This document shows positions 61,045 to 64,000 of a stretch of DNA of 64,000 nucleotides, in pieces. Position 1 is the first letter of the stretch. Every line of letters begins with the position of its first letter. Below the pieces are notes generated by a model that saw only the letters and a list, made by a program, of their open reading frames with translations, made no database searches and was not told where the DNA came from. A program made the translations under genes and the position numbers. This DNA is from the human T2T-CHM13v2.0 reference genome, Homo sapiens: the NCBI RefSeq assembly GCF_009914755.1, contig NC_060941.1; one strand, 5' to 3'.

Positions 61045-61621
61045 TTTTGTTTTTAGACACAAGGTCTCACTATGTTGCCCAGGCTGAATTTGACTCCTAG
61101 GCTCAAGCAACTCTCTGCCTTCAGTCTCCTGAGTAGCTGGGACTATGGGTATGTGCCGCTGTGCCAAGAAATAATTTTACAAACGTTTATTGAAAGCAAA
61201 ATGTGAGAATTGACCTGGAAGACACACCAACAAAGTCAGAGGTGTTCTGGAGTCTGTCACATAGTGAAAGATTTTTATAGAAAAGTTTAAAAGAAGGGAG
61301 GGAGGCTCCTCACACCAGAGTTGTCCCCTCTTCATTGGAGGGTACAATATAGCAGTTATGATCATTAGATAAAAATTATATCATATAGGCTAAAAAAAAT
61401 GTCTACATGAAAGACACTCAGTAGAACTTCATACTTCAGCTAATCCTAAATCAGCCTCCTAGTCAATGTCAACAGGCCATACAATGATTGGTACATCAAC
61501 AGTCTGAGGAACTTACAATAAGATTCCTTACTCAGTGGCAGAATGTCTCCAAGTCACAAGACCTCTCCAAAGTGGATTGATTTGGAAGCCTGCTTAACAT
61601 AATGTGACTTGTAGGTTATCA
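60960..61621 (-). mobile_element. ERV1 3' LTR containing (CA)n plus an Alu monomer (61002-61165)
   Basis: Ends in ca at 61621 directly beside the polypurine-tract complement gttcccccctttt; minus-strand AATAAA near 61186-61191. Confidence 0.65.
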
Positions 61622-61650
61622 GTTCCCCCCTTTTGATCAGACTCTTTCCA

Positions 61651-61766
61651 CGGGAAGTGGAGACTGCAGTGAGCCGAGAGTGCGCCACTGCACTCCAGTG
61701 TGGGCCACAGAGCGAGATTTTATCTCAAAAAAACAAAAACAAAACAAAACAAAACAAACACCAAAA
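61651..61766 (+). mobile_element. 5'-truncated Alu with (AAAAC)n tail
   Basis: Alu 3' end; degenerate TSD actctt(t/c)cc. Confidence 0.75.
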
Positions 61767-63173
61767 CTCTTCCCGTGGAAACATTGGTGATCAGTCTCTG
61801 CTTAGGTTGGAGTGGCACAAACCTGTGGTACTGGCTAGGTTGGAGTGAAAGTTCTTCATTCCTTGGCACTGGGAAGTCTCATTGGCAGGAAGTCATGTTT
61901 CTCAGCAGGGGAGAAAGAGCCTTGTTATTGCATGTGGGCCAGGTTGCTAGCAAAGTGGGGCAGTCGTGATTTGAAGCTATTCTCATGCTATTCTCTTGAA
62001 TAATGAATCACCCCCAGCACTAGGAGAGCATTATTCTGGCCTTAGTCTTTGACCTAAAGCAAACAAAAATGTAATTCGTAAGTAACTTAATATTCAGGAA
62101 AATAACAGTTATGCTAATGATTATAGTAATAACAACTTGAAGACCAGAATGGAATAAAAACTTAGTCCCGAGGGTAACCAACGAAAAAAGTCATTTAGAG
62201 GATCAGTTTTTATTATGCCTGTAACCAATTAGCCTTTTAAATTACCATTTCTCAAGTTTCCACTTCTATAGAGGTGTTAATATAGGTACAACAAGTAGTA
62301 CGAGCTACTGTGCAGACACCTCCTTGTTTAGCCAATAAATAGTCCAAGGCAATTCTGTTATTTAGTACTACCTGGGCTAAAGAATTTAAAGATTTTTTGT
62401 TGAGCTGCAATGCTTTTTGCAGTGTCTCCAGCTATCTGATCAATGGTAGCTGATGATAGGTTTCTAATTATATGCAGATCCTCTTAGCTTGATGTAGTCC
62501 TCTTACCTCTGTAAGATAGAGAAAAAAGGGATCTTTTTGTTGATTTTTATGCAATGACAAAGGATTTAGAAAATGTCCTAACAAGTATACACCTTCTGTC
62601 TGCCAGCTATTAAAGCAATGGGCCCATCCTTATGTAGGCAAATCAGTCCCAATGCCACATACAAACACAGAACCCATGGGAGGCAGGTGATTCCCCTCAA
62701 GGTATTTTTGTTAATAGACTCATTCATGGGGAGTAACAATACCAAATTAAATCAGGGATTTCCTCCTTTGCATGCCTTCTGGAATCCATTTACATGGTAG
62801 CCTATTGATTTATATTGTTGGCATAGTAGAGGCTCATTTTTATCTTCTTTAACACATTTGTTTATCCAATAACACATGGATCAAGGAGGTCCTGGAGTAT
62901 AGTCTGGGTTAAAACTCAGGCCAACCTTAACAACCAGAGACAAATTTAAACAGGGGGTGATAGTATTGGGGTTATGAAGTTAGACCTAGAAAGTTAATCC
63001 CCAAAGGATTGTTCTAAATAAGTGGTGACACCAGGGACATCTGAAAAGTCAGCGACAGGTGTTACTAATGGCATATATTGGTAATGAATAGATCTAGGAA
63101 TCATATGGCAGATCCAAAAATCAGCTATGTTTCCCCCAGTGGCAATACTTTGGGATAGTTTAATCGAAGTGCT

Positions 63174-63516
<343 letters not shown>

Positions 63517-64000
63517 GGAGGTCACTCTCTGATTAAACAATCCACTCAGAAGATTTAGTATTTTTTAAAATGAGAAAAATGGACTTCTTTTAATTTTGCA
63601 GTGCAGGGGTGTGAGGAGTACCTGATAAGGACCTCTCCAACGAAGCTGGAGAGAATCTTTAAAAAGGTCTTTTCCAGGATACTAAATCACCTGGTTTTAA
63701 GTTATGAAATTTTTTGTCTTCACCTCTTGGGAGTGCACTATGGAAAGTCCCTTACCAGCCAGCTGTTATTAAGAAACTTAACAAAGTTTTTACAATAGCG
63801 TAGAATTTCACCTTTTAGTCCTGTTGAATTAAAACTAGGGTCCTGTGATGATGAAGGCTAATCAGTAATGATTGCATATGGAGACAATTTATGTTTTCCA
63901 AAAGGAGTGGATCTCATGTTAAGCAAGACCAGTGGAAGAGCCTTAGGCCATATAAGGTTAAAAGCTTCTGTTAACTTAGCCAGTTGGGTTTTTATAGTCC

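Overview
Human-type (primate) genomic DNA that I recognise as the 3' end of IGF2BP1 (IMP1/ZBP1, 17q21.32) on the + strand. The window opens in the last intron (1-2707). The terminal coding exon is 2708-2800 ([30 protein letters not shown]). It is followed by a ~6.7 kb 3' UTR free of interspersed repeats, with five let-7 seed sites and proximal and distal AATAAA signals, ending near 9500. The remaining ~54 kb is gene-free and repeat-dense. It holds about 60 Alus (including a young AluYb8 and a near-perfect AluYc1-type copy), old L1/L2/MIR, many MaLR and ERV1 LTRs, a truncated MER41 provirus, two decayed ERVL-class pol regions and an ERV1 pol-env-LTR remnant. Nearly all ORFs in the supplied track are Alu-derived or spurious. 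I found no convincing new gene system. The most unusual structures are: (i) a polyadenylated, TSD-flanked MER41 transcript end inserted antisense into the homologous position of a MER41 LTR; (ii) a microhomology-bounded ~1 kb tandem duplication; (iii) a doubled integrase N-terminus in an ERVL provirus; (iv) a tRNA-Glu-like segment inside MER41-int; (v) a candidate in-frame 33-nt micro-exon in the last IGF2BP1 intron. Repeat subfamily names come from recall of consensus sequences, not from a search, and repeat boundaries are approximate unless a TSD is quoted.
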